A stretch of 64,000 nt of DNA from Syntrophaceae bacterium UBA6087 (GCA_002448235.1 DIXF01000001.1:137136-201135); one strand, 5' to 3'; shown: positions 48,166 to 57,665, numbered from the stretch's first letter. Notes: generated by a model from the sequence alone, not told the origin. Program-made: numbers and translations.

Positions 48166-48780
48166 ATGAATACATACATTCAACAACTCATCCTCCTCAT
48201 CGTGCCGGTGCTCTTTTCCATCACCGTTCATGAGGTCAGCCACGGATATGTCGCCTACCGGTTGGGTGACCCCACAGCAAAGAACGCGGGAAGGCTTACG
48301 CTCAATCCCATCAAGCACATCGATATCGTAGGGCTCCTTGTCCTTGTTATCACCCGGATGATCGGCTGGGCCAAGCCGGTGCCGGTAGATCACCGGTATT
48401 TCAAGAACCCGAGAAAGGACATGATGCTGGTTTCCCTGGCAGGACCTGCCTCAAACCTTATGCTCGCAGTAGCCTTCGCCCTCGCGTACAAGGTGTTCGG
48501 CGGCATGCTCATGACGGCGTACCTCTACCCCCTGAGCCTCATGCTCCAGATCATGATCAGCATCAATGTGGGGCTGGCGATCTTCAATCTTATCCCCATC
48601 CCGCCCCTTGACGGGAGCCATATCATGGAAGGGCTTCTCCCTCCTGAGATGGCACGGGAGTATTCCAAGATAGCGCCGTACGGGTTCATGATCCTGCTGA
48701 TCCTGATATTCACCCGGGTCGTAGATTTCGTGATCTTCCCGATCATCAGGGTAATAGCCAATCTTTTATTAAGTTTATAG
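48166..48780 (+). CDS. Site-2 protease family (peptidase M50-like) membrane zinc metalloprotease.
   Basis: HExxH motif (VHEVSHGYVA) in a transmembrane helix, a second conserved Asp motif (LIPIPPLDGSH), and multiple transmembrane segments. Confidence 0.75.
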   Translation: MNTYIQQLILLIVPVLFSITVHEVSHGYVAYRLGDPTAKNAGRLTLNPIKHIDIVGLLVLVITRMIGWAKPVPVDHRYFKNPRKDMMLVSLAGPASNLMLAVAFALAYKVFGGMLMTAYLYPLSLMLQIMISINVGLAIFNLIPIPPLDGSHIMEGLLPPEMAREYSKIAPYGFMILLILIFTRVVDFVIFPIIRVIANLLLSL

Positions 48781-48791
48781 CGAGGAATCCT

Positions 48792-49784
48792 ATGGAGAGG
48801 AAGCGCATCGTATCCGGCATCAGACCGACAGGAGATCTTCATGTCGGGCATTACCTAGGCGTATTGAAAAACTGGGTGGAACTCCAGAAAGAGTATACGT
48901 GCTTCTACTTTATTGCAGACTGGCACGCCCTGACCACTGAATACCGTGACCCGTCCATTATCCGGGACAGCGCCCGCGATGTGGTCGCCATATGGCTGAG
49001 CGTGGGCATCGACCCGAATGAATCGGTGATATTCAGGCAGTCGGACATCAGGAACCACGCAGAGCTTTTCGTCCTTCTGTCCATGATCACGCCGCTGTCC
49101 TGGCTGGAGAGGAACCCTACCTACAAGGAATTGAAAGAGGAGCTCAAAGAGAAGGACTTGAGCAATTTCGGGTTCCTGGGATACCCCGTGCTCCAGGCGG
49201 CGGACATTGTCATGTACCATGCGGACAGAGTGCCTGTCGGCGAAGACCAGCTTCCTCATCTGGAGCTCACCCGGGAGATCGTGAGGAGGTTCAATTTCAT
49301 CTATGGGGGCGAAATCCTCAAGGAGCCGAAGGAGATCCTCACCGAGGCGGCCAGGGTCTTAGGCATCGACGGCAGGAAGATGTCCAAGTCGTACAACAAC
49401 GCCATCTTCGTCTATGAAACAAAAGAGAGCCTTAAATCAAAGGTCATGCAGATGCTCACGGATGCAAAGCGCATGCGGAAGAAAGACCCCGGCGAGCCGG
49501 GCGACTGCAACCTCTACCCCCTGCACGAATACTTCACGGATGAGGAGAAGCGGTCCGAGATCCGCACAGGGTGCCGGAGCGCCGGACTCGGGTGCGTCGA
49601 GTGCAAGCAGATCCTGATGGAGAATCTGATAAAAGAATTTGAACCCATCTGGGAAAAGATAGCATATTATCGAGGAAACATGTCGCTGATCGACGAGGTC
49701 TTGCGCGAAGGCAACCTCAAGGCCGCCCGCGAGTCGGAAGAGACCATGGAAAAGGTCCGGTCGGTTATGAAGCTGGCGCATTAG
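48792..49784 (+). CDS. trpS: Tryptophanyl-tRNA synthetase.
   Basis: HIGH motif (TGDLHVGHYLG), KMSKS motif and a class I Rossmann fold. Length is 330 aa. Confidence 0.95.
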   Translation: MERKRIVSGIRPTGDLHVGHYLGVLKNWVELQKEYTCFYFIADWHALTTEYRDPSIIRDSARDVVAIWLSVGIDPNESVIFRQSDIRNHAELFVLLSMITPLSWLERNPTYKELKEELKEKDLSNFGFLGYPVLQAADIVMYHADRVPVGEDQLPHLELTREIVRRFNFIYGGEILKEPKEILTEAARVLGIDGRKMSKSYNNAIFVYETKESLKSKVMQMLTDAKRMRKKDPGEPGDCNLYPLHEYFTDEEKRSEIRTGCRSAGLGCVECKQILMENLIKEFEPIWEKIAYYRGNMSLIDEVLREGNLKAARESEETMEKVRSVMKLAH

Positions 49785-49792
49785 GAGAGCAG

Positions 49793-50503
49793 GTGCAGGC
49801 AGTCCAGAAAAACTTCGAAACTCATTTCGTGCTTCGTCTCCCCACGTTTGAGGGGCCGCTCGACCTCCTGCTTTATCTCATCGAAAAGAACCGTTTCACA
49901 CTGGAGAACCTCGAAGTCTACCCCATCATCGAGCAGTACCTGCACTATATCGAGCAGGCGAAATCTCTGGATGTAGCGCTGGCGGGGGAATTTCTGGACA
50001 TGGCTTCGTACCTCATCTGGCTCAAATCCTGCCTGCTGCTTCCCTCCTCGAAAGAAGAAGCAGGAGAAGTGGGGCACAATCCTGCACAGGATCTCAAAGA
50101 AATGCTCATCGCTTACCGGGCCATCAGGATGGCGTCTTCGGACCTTTCTTCACGGCCCATGCTGTTCAGGGATAAGTTCCCAAAGGGGCTCTCGCAGGAA
50201 GATCGCGACCTCTCTTCCCTGGGCGTCGGCGTGCTGCTTCAGGCAATCGATGCAATAAAGTCCCGCACGAAGAAGCACATCCTGAACATCGCCTATAAGC
50301 GGTTCAACATCCAGGGCATGATCGACAGGATCGAGGCGTTGCTGAAAAAGAAGGAAAGGGTTGCCCTGTTCGATGTGGCCGAGGGGAGGGACCGCATGGA
50401 GATTATCGGGGCGTTCCTTGCCGCGCTCGAGCTCTCCAAGAGATCGATCGCCCGCATCATACAGCTCAAACTTTTCTCGACGATTTATATCGCAAGGCGG
50501 TAA
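49793..50503 (+). CDS. scpA: Segregation and condensation protein A.
   Basis: FEGPLDLLLYLIEKNRFTLENLEVYPIIEQYL is the ScpA N-terminal signature. Confidence 0.85.
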   Translation: MQAVQKNFETHFVLRLPTFEGPLDLLLYLIEKNRFTLENLEVYPIIEQYLHYIEQAKSLDVALAGEFLDMASYLIWLKSCLLLPSSKEEAGEVGHNPAQDLKEMLIAYRAIRMASSDLSSRPMLFRDKFPKGLSQEDRDLSSLGVGVLLQAIDAIKSRTKKHILNIAYKRFNIQGMIDRIEALLKKKERVALFDVAEGRDRMEIIGAFLAALELSKRSIARIIQLKLFSTIYIARR

Positions 50504-50558
50504 GCTGGATGAAGAATGGGGCTTTGCATGCTGACACCGGCGGAGGCCGTGAAGACCG

Positions 50559-51089
50559 ATGAATAAGAGAGAGATCATCGAGGCGCTCGTCTTTTCGGCG
50601 AGCGGCGCGCTTGGCGTCCGGGACATACTCAAGGCAGTCCCTGAGACAAGCTTGGAGGAGGTGGAATCCTGTGTGGCGGACCTCAACAGGCATTACGAGG
50701 AAACGGGCAGGAGCTTCCGCATCGATCGGGCCAGTGCAGGCTACCTCTTCGTAACCAGGGAGGAATACGCCCCATACCTCAAATCCCTTCATACCCCGGC
50801 CAGACTCTCTCCGGCATCTCTCGAAGCTCTTGCCGTGATCGCGTACAAGGGGCCCTGCTCAAAGCAGGCCATCGATTCCATCCGGGGGGTCGATTCATCG
50901 TCCTCGCTGAAGAGCCTGCTCAAGCACCAGCTCATCGATATCAAGAACGGAAAGCCTTTGACCTATTTCACAACGGGGAGGTTCCTGGAGGTCTTCGGCC
51001 TGGACTCGCTCTCCGACCTGCCGGATTTAAGGCAGTTCGAAGAGGTTTTCCGCGAAGAGATAAAGGAAGGCGTACGGGAAGAAGGCTAG
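50559..51089 (+). CDS. scpB: Segregation and condensation protein B.
   Basis: EIIEALVFSASGALGVRDI..., IAYKGPCSKQAIDSIRGV and winged-helix repeats, downstream of scpA. Confidence 0.85.
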   Translation: MNKREIIEALVFSASGALGVRDILKAVPETSLEEVESCVADLNRHYEETGRSFRIDRASAGYLFVTREEYAPYLKSLHTPARLSPASLEALAVIAYKGPCSKQAIDSIRGVDSSSSLKSLLKHQLIDIKNGKPLTYFTTGRFLEVFGLDSLSDLPDLRQFEEVFREEIKEGVREEG

Positions 51090-51111
51090 GGCCTCTCCTT
51101 TCCCGTCTTTT

Positions 51112-53868
51112 TCAGTTCTCCAGCGCCCGCCTGATCACTTCCTTGAGCTCTCTGGTGCCGGCCGGCTTCATGAGCAGCTCCCGGATGCCCAGGCTCTTGA
51201 TCTCGCACTCGTCGATGGTATCGCTGAATCCGGTACACAGTATGACGGGGATGTTCGGGCGGATGTCCGTAATCCTCGAAGAAAGCTCCAGGCCGTTCAT
51301 CTGCGGCATAGTGAGGTCGGTAATGACCAGATCGAAGGCGTGAGACGATTGCGCGAACAGCTGAAGGGCTTCTACGCTGCTCTTTATGGGATGAACGTCA
51401 TAGCCGAGCTTGTCCAGCGCCTTGCTCACGCTGGAGAGGATGATATCTTCATCGTCGATGAGCAGGATCTTCCCCTTTCCACTGCCCGGCAACGCCGCTT
51501 TTCCGTCCGCTGCCCGGTCATGCGCCCGCTCATTCGTCAGAGGGAGGTATGCGATGAACCGGGACCCTTTCCCGGATGTGCTCTCAACAGTGATGGTGCC
51601 GCCGTGGTCCTTGAGGATGCCGTGGACGACGGCAAGCCCCATGCCGCTGCCTTTGCCCACATCCTTGGTGGTAAAGAACGGTTCGAAGATATGCGGGAGT
51701 ATCTCAGGATCCATGCCGCAGCCTGAATCTTCAACCGAAAGCTGGAGATAGTTGCCCGGTTTAATGTCCAGGCCGTGATCCGCCGAGTCCAGAAGGGTAT
51801 TGAGAAGGCTCACTTCTATGACGCCTTTCTTCGAATCGATCGAATCAGCGGCATTTTTACACAGGTTCATAATGATCTGCTGGATCTGTGTCGGATCTGC
51901 CAGGATCGAGTCGTCTGTCGCGTTGAAGTTGTGGCGGATCTCTATGATGCTCGGGAGCGACGACCGCAGGAGGACGAGCGTTTCCTCTATCAGCGGGGTG
52001 ACCTCTGTCGGTGAGAACTGTTTTTCCTTACGCCTGCTGAACGAGAGGATCTGCTTGATCAGATCTCTCTGCCGGTACGCTGCCTGGAGCATCTGCTCCA
52101 GCGTCTTATGCAGAGGGGTGTCCTGCCCCGTTTCCTCCATGAGCATCTCGGTGTTGATAATGATCGGGTAGAGGATATTGTTCAGGTCGTGGGCTATGCC
52201 GCCTGCAAACCTGCCCAGAGCCTCCATTTTCTGGGCTTGTATGAGCTGGTTTTCGAGATCTTTCTTCTCTTTCTCCGCACGCCTGCGCTCGGCGACTTCA
52301 TCCTCGAGCTGCTTGTTTCTCGTTTCCAGCTCGATCGTCCGTTCTTTTACCAGCTCTTCCAGATGGTCACGATGCCTGCGCAGCTCTTCCTCGGCTTTTT
52401 TCCGTCCGGTGATGTCCACGAACGACCCTACGCAGCCGCGGACCTGTCCCTCCGCATCCAGGAGAGGGCTGGCATTGCCCAGGATCGTGATCGTTTTTCC
52501 GCTCGGCAGCAGGACATCCATCTCGGAGTCCAGGATGTCCTTGCACTTGGCTGCGGCCTCCTGCATCGGGAGCTTTTCGGGGCGCAGTTCGATGCCTCCC
52601 CGGAAAAAGCGCCTGGTCGTGTCGTGAACGTCCGGATCAGGTCCGGCAGAGACGTTTTCGTTTTCATAGGACTCATAGAAACGATTCGCTGCAGTATTGC
52701 CGGTAATGGTGTGGCAGTGCGGATCGCGGGACACCCAGATTGCCGTGGGGGCGAGGTTCATGAGCTTTTCCACTTCCTCGGCGCGCTGACGGGCTGTCTC
52801 TTCGCTCTCCCGCAATGCCCGCTGCATCCGGATGGTCTGGAGTGCGTTGCCGCATTGGGCGGCCACCCACTCGGCCAGACGGAAGTGGTGATCGCTCCAT
52901 TCCTGCGTGTGCCTGCAGTAGATCGTTATGGCACCAATAGATTTGCTTTCGCTATGCATCGGGGAACAAAGGACAGACCGGAACGCATCCGCTTCCGGGA
53001 CTTTCAGAGTCCACAGGTCGGGCCTGAGCGAAGTGTCGTGCAGGCATGCAGTGCGGTTTTCGCGGATCGTGAGATCCATGAAGGAGCTCTCCAGCGGCCA
53101 TGGTCCGGAAATCTGGGTATCCAGGCCTGTTTGCGCCAGGGCCGACAGCAGGCCGGCCTGAATTTCATAAATCACGACTGCCGATGCTGCATCGCCGAAT
53201 AATCTTGTGGCATCGATGCAGAGGTCTGTTATCACTGTCTGCTCGGAGCTGACGAGACGAGACGAATCCAGCAGTTTCTGCAGCATCTCTTCACGCCCGC
53301 TCAGCTCGACATTCAGCGTCTGGATATCTTCCGACTGAACCTGAAGCTCTTCGGACTGCGCCTGAAGCTCCTCATTCTGCTGGGAGAGCTCTTCTGACTG
53401 CTGGGCCAGCTCCTCGTTCTGCATCGAGAGCTCTTCCGTCTGCTGGGCGAGCTCGTCGTTCTGCTGGCGGACTTGCGCATTGATCTGCGCCAGGTCGTCA
53501 AAGGCTTTTTCCAGGCGGGCCAGCAGGAGAATGATCAGGTGAACTGCTGCAACACCGACAGAAATATTGATCAGGGTGGGCAGAAGAAGATGCAGGGTCG
53601 GGTCTTGCGGAGCCGACCCTGAAGGCAGTAACAACTCGAACTTCACGACGGCCATGAAGGCAAATATTCCTGCCATTATCCACAGCAGCCTCTTCCTCCG
53701 CGTCCAGATGCAGATCAGCAGAGGCAGGGTATAGGTGAGGGGGAACGCGGCGTCACTGAAAATGAACATCCGGATGATCCCCCAGAGAACTACGGTACCC
53801 ATGGCAACAGCCCAGGCAACAAAAGTCGAGGGTTTCCGCCGTAAGAAAACAGGGAGTTCGTTCATCAT
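51112..53868 (-). CDS. Hybrid sensor histidine kinase. It has a 4-TM membrane module, then a Q/E-rich heptad coiled coil, then GAF, PAS, HisKA, HATPase_c and a C-terminal receiver.
   Basis: The coiled coil reads QQNDELAQQTEELSMQNEELAQQSEELSQQNEELQAQSEELQVQSEDIQ. The H-box reads LGRFAGGIAHDLNNIL. HATPase motifs are DSGCGM and GSGMGLAV. The receiver reads ILLIDDEDI...LVITDLTMPQMNGLEL. The start at MMNELP overlaps the cheR stop as ATGA. Confidence 0.85.
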   Translation of the reverse strand: MMNELPVFLRRKPSTFVAWAVAMGTVVLWGIIRMFIFSDAAFPLTYTLPLLICIWTRRKRLLWIMAGIFAFMAVVKFELLLPSGSAPQDPTLHLLLPTLINISVGVAAVHLIILLLARLEKAFDDLAQINAQVRQQNDELAQQTEELSMQNEELAQQSEELSQQNEELQAQSEELQVQSEDIQTLNVELSGREEMLQKLLDSSRLVSSEQTVITDLCIDATRLFGDAASAVVIYEIQAGLLSALAQTGLDTQISGPWPLESSFMDLTIRENRTACLHDTSLRPDLWTLKVPEADAFRSVLCSPMHSESKSIGAITIYCRHTQEWSDHHFRLAEWVAAQCGNALQTIRMQRALRESEETARQRAEEVEKLMNLAPTAIWVSRDPHCHTITGNTAANRFYESYENENVSAGPDPDVHDTTRRFFRGGIELRPEKLPMQEAAAKCKDILDSEMDVLLPSGKTITILGNASPLLDAEGQVRGCVGSFVDITGRKKAEEELRRHRDHLEELVKERTIELETRNKQLEDEVAERRRAEKEKKDLENQLIQAQKMEALGRFAGGIAHDLNNILYPIIINTEMLMEETGQDTPLHKTLEQMLQAAYRQRDLIKQILSFSRRKEKQFSPTEVTPLIEETLVLLRSSLPSIIEIRHNFNATDDSILADPTQIQQIIMNLCKNAADSIDSKKGVIEVSLLNTLLDSADHGLDIKPGNYLQLSVEDSGCGMDPEILPHIFEPFFTTKDVGKGSGMGLAVVHGILKDHGGTITVESTSGKGSRFIAYLPLTNERAHDRAADGKAALPGSGKGKILLIDDEDIILSSVSKALDKLGYDVHPIKSSVEALQLFAQSSHAFDLVITDLTMPQMNGLELSSRITDIRPNIPVILCTGFSDTIDECEIKSLGIRELLMKPAGTRELKEVIRRALEN

Positions 53869-54767
53869 CGGTACTTCTCCTTGGTGTGGTACAGGCATCT
53901 GCTCATGCCTGTGCAATAAACATCGGCCGGCGGCCGTTCGGCCTTTCCGGACACAAGAATTCCTCCCGGCGCAAGGATCGGAGCCAGATCACGCCATACC
54001 GAGGCAGCGGCAGTCGGGTTGAGATAAATGGCGGCATTCCGCCACAGAATGATATCCCATGGGCCTTGCTCCGGGCCGTTCAGCACATCGGCAACCTTCC
54101 AGACAGTCTTGGCGCGAAGGGCCCGGACGGGCCTGAACATCCCTGCCTGAGCAGTGAAGTACGCACGCCGGAGTGCGGGGGGGAGAAGAGAAAGCTCCTC
54201 TGTATCGTAGAGCCCTTCCCGGGCCTGCTCGATTGCATCCTCACGGCAGTCCGTACCGAGGAGGAAGCTTTCCTCCAGCAGGCCGGCCTCGGAGAGAAGG
54301 ATCGCCATGCTGTACAGCTCGGCGCCGGATGAGCAGGCAACGCTCCATACCCGCAGGCCTTTTCTCCGGACAGCAAGCTCGGGCAGGACATGCGTTCGGA
54401 TTGATTCAAAAACGAACGGGTCGCGGAAGAACTCGGTAACACCGATCAGAAGCGCGCTGACCGCAGTCGCGAGCAGATGGGGCTGGTGCTCGATGAGTAT
54501 TCGTGCAGCAAGGGGCGAGGGGGCTTTCAATGCCCGCAGGCATGCAGGAATCCTCCGGTGCAGGGGCTGTACCCGATAGGACCGGGAGTTCAGTCCCGCC
54601 CTGCAGAGAACCCATGCAACGAACTCGTCCATGGGCGTCTCTTGATGCTTTGTTATAGACCCGCTGGAAGCCTTTTTCTGAGATCCGGCCGTCAGGCTCC
54701 GGCGAGGGAGCATACCCGGCTTGCCTTCAAAGGATATGTGGCGCAGGTCGGCCGTACGACTGTTCAT
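53865..54767 (-). CDS. cheR: CheR-type protein-glutamate O-methyltransferase.
   Basis: TEFFRDPFVFESI is the CheR signature. The SAM-binding motif reads LRVWSVACSSGAELYSMAILL, and RNAAIYL is also present. The N-terminal start is uncertain. Confidence 0.8.
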   Translation of the reverse strand: MNSRTADLRHISFEGKPGMLPRRSLTAGSQKKASSGSITKHQETPMDEFVAWVLCRAGLNSRSYRVQPLHRRIPACLRALKAPSPLAARILIEHQPHLLATAVSALLIGVTEFFRDPFVFESIRTHVLPELAVRRKGLRVWSVACSSGAELYSMAILLSEAGLLEESFLLGTDCREDAIEQAREGLYDTEELSLLPPALRRAYFTAQAGMFRPVRALRAKTVWKVADVLNGPEQGPWDIILWRNAAIYLNPTAAASVWRDLAPILAPGGILVSGKAERPPADVYCTGMSRCLYHTKEKYR

Positions 54768-55387
54768 CAGCTGCTTCCTTGGCCGGGCAGGGACAGGCGC
54801 GGACCCGAAAGTACCGGAACATCATTGACGATCAGGGACGATATACTGCTGATTTTAATGTAATATATCATACGTTGTATTCAGAAAAACACACCACTGA
54901 GCAACAAAGCACGAGTGCAAAATGCATGACATAGTTATTCGAGAAAGCAACCTTACATGGTGCAGATTTTTTTCGCAAGACGAATATTATAGTATCTTGA
55001 GGAATGTAATAGTATGACACTGCTTACTTTTTCATTCAAGCGTTCATCTATTGAAAGCAGCTTCCCGCAGGATCTTTATCCGTCACGATCCGCCCCTTTA
55101 AGGCGTATGGGTGTGTCCCATCTCATCCATGGGATGTCGGGTCAACGGTTTTGTATCTTGACGCACCATATCAATTATGGCACAAAGGCTCAACTTGAAG
55201 GCGGGTCCGGGAATGTGCCTTCGATTGAGATGGTCGGGCCGTCATCCGCTGATGAGACTGCGGCTTTTCTTTTTCTCAAGGCATCGTCGGGATCCGGCAA
55301 GGCCGGTCTTCACGTCATCGAAATATTGAAGCATGAGCGATAAAAACAAGCTGGGGCATATCCCAGGAACTCTCGCGGAGGTGATGT

Positions 55388-55939
55388 ATGATGAAAAAAA
55401 GAATTGGCATAACCGTCTTATGCATAATAGGATTGGCGCTTTTTATCGGCGGCTGTGCGCAGAAGAAGCCTGCGCAGGAGATCGAGTCTTCCACCCAGCA
55501 GGAAATGGAGATGGCGAAGCCGGGCGGCATTCAGCCGAGCGGAGAGGTGGGAGAGACCCCCGCACGTGCCAATACGGCAGGTCTTGAGGCCAGGATCGCA
55601 GAATTCGAGAATACGTACGTCTATTTTGACTATGACAGCTACACGCTGGATTCCCGGGCACAAGAGATCCTCAAGGCAAAGGCCGCATTCCTGAAGGAAC
55701 GTTCCGACCTGGCGCTGCGGATTCAGGGAAACTGCGATGAGCGCGGTACGAGCGAGTATAACATGGCCCTGGGCGAGCGGAGGGCAAAGGCTGCACAGGA
55801 TTATCTCGTGTCGCTGGGCATTTCAAAGGGGCGTATCACCACGGTCAGTTACGGCGAGGAAAGGCCAGTTGCCCCTGGTCACGATGAAGAAGCCTGGGCC
55901 AAGAACAGAAACGCCCAGTTCATCATCGCCAATAAGTAG
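55388..55939 (+). CDS. pal: Peptidoglycan-associated lipoprotein (OmpA-family C-terminal domain).
   Basis: Lipobox LFIGGC. The OmpA_C region reads VYFDYDSYTLDSRAQEILKAKAAFLKE...LRIQGNCDERGTSEYNMALGERRAKAAQDYLVSLGI. Confidence 0.85.
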   Translation: MMKKRIGITVLCIIGLALFIGGCAQKKPAQEIESSTQQEMEMAKPGGIQPSGEVGETPARANTAGLEARIAEFENTYVYFDYDSYTLDSRAQEILKAKAAFLKERSDLALRIQGNCDERGTSEYNMALGERRAKAAQDYLVSLGISKGRITTVSYGEERPVAPGHDEEAWAKNRNAQFIIANK

Positions 55940-56017
55940 ATTTGCTCTGACAAGGAGAGGATTGTACAGAACCCTCGGATTATTCGACCGTTAAAGCTTT
56001 TTTATAGCTTCAAGTGG

Positions 56018-56050
56018 AGCCGGGCTGCGTGGCAGCCCGGCTTCTTCCCG
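56018..56050 (+). terminator. Rho-independent terminator after pal.
   Basis: AGCCGGGCTGC-GTG-GCAGCCCGGCT followed by TCTTCCCGTTT. Confidence 0.5.
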
Positions 56051-56117
56051 TTTCATGAGGAGGCGTTTTTTTCGTTGCCGGATGTCCGCGACCGGAAGCC
56101 GGTCTGTCCGGCGAAGG

Positions 56118-57578
56118 TCAAGGTTTTCCTGACGGCTTGGTGATGTTGAGGAAAAGATTGACGCCTTCAGCTTCCTTCTCGACAACGACTGTCACATCCT
56201 CGGGCAGACCCGAGGCAAGGCTCTTGAGTTCTTCTTCGCTCCTGTGAATCAGGAACCATTCCGAACCGTATTCCATCTTGAATCTCTGTGGGTTGTAGAC
56301 CCCGAAATTTCCGATGATCAGTTTCCCGCCTGGTTTCAGGTGACGGTACAGTTCGAGGATGAGCCGGCTGACGGCGTTGGGGGACAGGTAGTCGCACAGG
56401 CCTGCGGTATAAATGAGATCGGCATGGGAATAACGTGCCTTTTCCTTGTTCCTCCCCAGGATGAGGTGTTTGATATTATCCTCGGCGAAGTCCATATGGA
56501 CACCGGAGAGCGTTTTAGCTATGGGAACGAGTCTCTGTTTTGCGTTTTCAAGCGCATGCGTATCCTGATCCATGGCAAGGAGCTCCAGTTTCACCGGCTT
56601 GGGCTCATCGCTGATCGCGGTGAGAAAGTCATGAATCTCGACGCAGGGGCCGCAGGCGACGCTGACGATCTTGCAGGTGCTGCCTTCGGGGAGTGAATCG
56701 TACAGAGAGGTTATCTTTCTGCACAGATATTCGCGCCGGTTCCTGACGGCCTTTGCAGCTGACCCTTCGCAGTCTACCTTGTTCATGACCTGGGAGAAGA
56801 TATCCTCTCCTTCGAAGCCGTTCCGGTATGTGATGTTCATCATTTCATAATCTCCGGCGTACCCCAGCGGTTTTGTGTATGCCCTGCGGAATAACGCCGA
56901 GGCCGTGAAGAATTCGTTGAGCATCTTCTGGAAGTATTCCCGGTGTATGAAATGCTGCTTGGAATCCGTAAATTTCCCGACTATTTTTGTAAACTGGTCG
57001 CAGTATTTCAACGTTACGTCGTTGATGACGGTAAAGGTCAGAGAGCGCAGCGCTTCATAGAGCTCTTTTTTAACGAGCTCTTCCTCCCTGCTGACTTTCT
57101 CCTCCTCTTCCTTTAGCCTGTTTCTGAAGTTCGTGAGGAGGTAGTGGAGGTGGGAGGTAAGGTGAACGAATTCTTCATCGAGATTATCTTCCACAGCCAG
57201 AGACTGGATAAAGTCGAGGTAGTCGTGTCTGAGGCGTGTGAGCTTGTCGCCCTTAATGATCGTGGAGATGTCCATGACATTCTCCAGGCGGCAGCCGATC
57301 CGGGAGATAACCTTGCCGTCCTGGTAGTCATCCTGGATATGGACGATCGTAGCCGTATCGGAGTGCACTTCCTTGTTGTGCGAGATAAAGCAGAGCCCGG
57401 AGATCATGTCGCCGATGCGGAAGACAAGGCTGCCATCCTGCAGGAGGAAAGACAGGCCTGTCCGTGAGAAGTCCCTGACTTCACAGGTGCGCTCGATCCC
57501 CTGAAAATCGTTGAACCTGACCGTTTTGCCCGATTCGCCTGGCTCAGTCAGATAACGCGGATCTCTTCTCAGCCTCAA
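56118..57578 (-). CDS. Fusion of an N-terminal PilZ domain with a C-terminal class I SAM-dependent methyltransferase.
   Basis: PilZ motifs RRDPRY (RxxxR) and RDFSRTGLSF (DxSxxG). Methyltransferase motif I reads KIVSVACGPCVE. The post-motif II/III region reads HADLIYTAGLCDYL...LKPGGKLIIGNF. Confidence 0.7.
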   Translation of the reverse strand: MRLRRDPRYLTEPGESGKTVRFNDFQGIERTCEVRDFSRTGLSFLLQDGSLVFRIGDMISGLCFISHNKEVHSDTATIVHIQDDYQDGKVISRIGCRLENVMDISTIIKGDKLTRLRHDYLDFIQSLAVEDNLDEEFVHLTSHLHYLLTNFRNRLKEEEEKVSREEELVKKELYEALRSLTFTVINDVTLKYCDQFTKIVGKFTDSKQHFIHREYFQKMLNEFFTASALFRRAYTKPLGYAGDYEMMNITYRNGFEGEDIFSQVMNKVDCEGSAAKAVRNRREYLCRKITSLYDSLPEGSTCKIVSVACGPCVEIHDFLTAISDEPKPVKLELLAMDQDTHALENAKQRLVPIAKTLSGVHMDFAEDNIKHLILGRNKEKARYSHADLIYTAGLCDYLSPNAVSRLILELYRHLKPGGKLIIGNFGVYNPQRFKMEYGSEWFLIHRSEEELKSLASGLPEDVTVVVEKEAEGVNLFLNITKPSGKP

Positions 57579-57665
57579 CGCAATCCTCCAGAAAAGGAAA
57601 TGGTATGTACATCCGGATCGGTAAGGGCTGTTGATTTCTTTAATCTTCCGGGGGTGTCACGTCCT

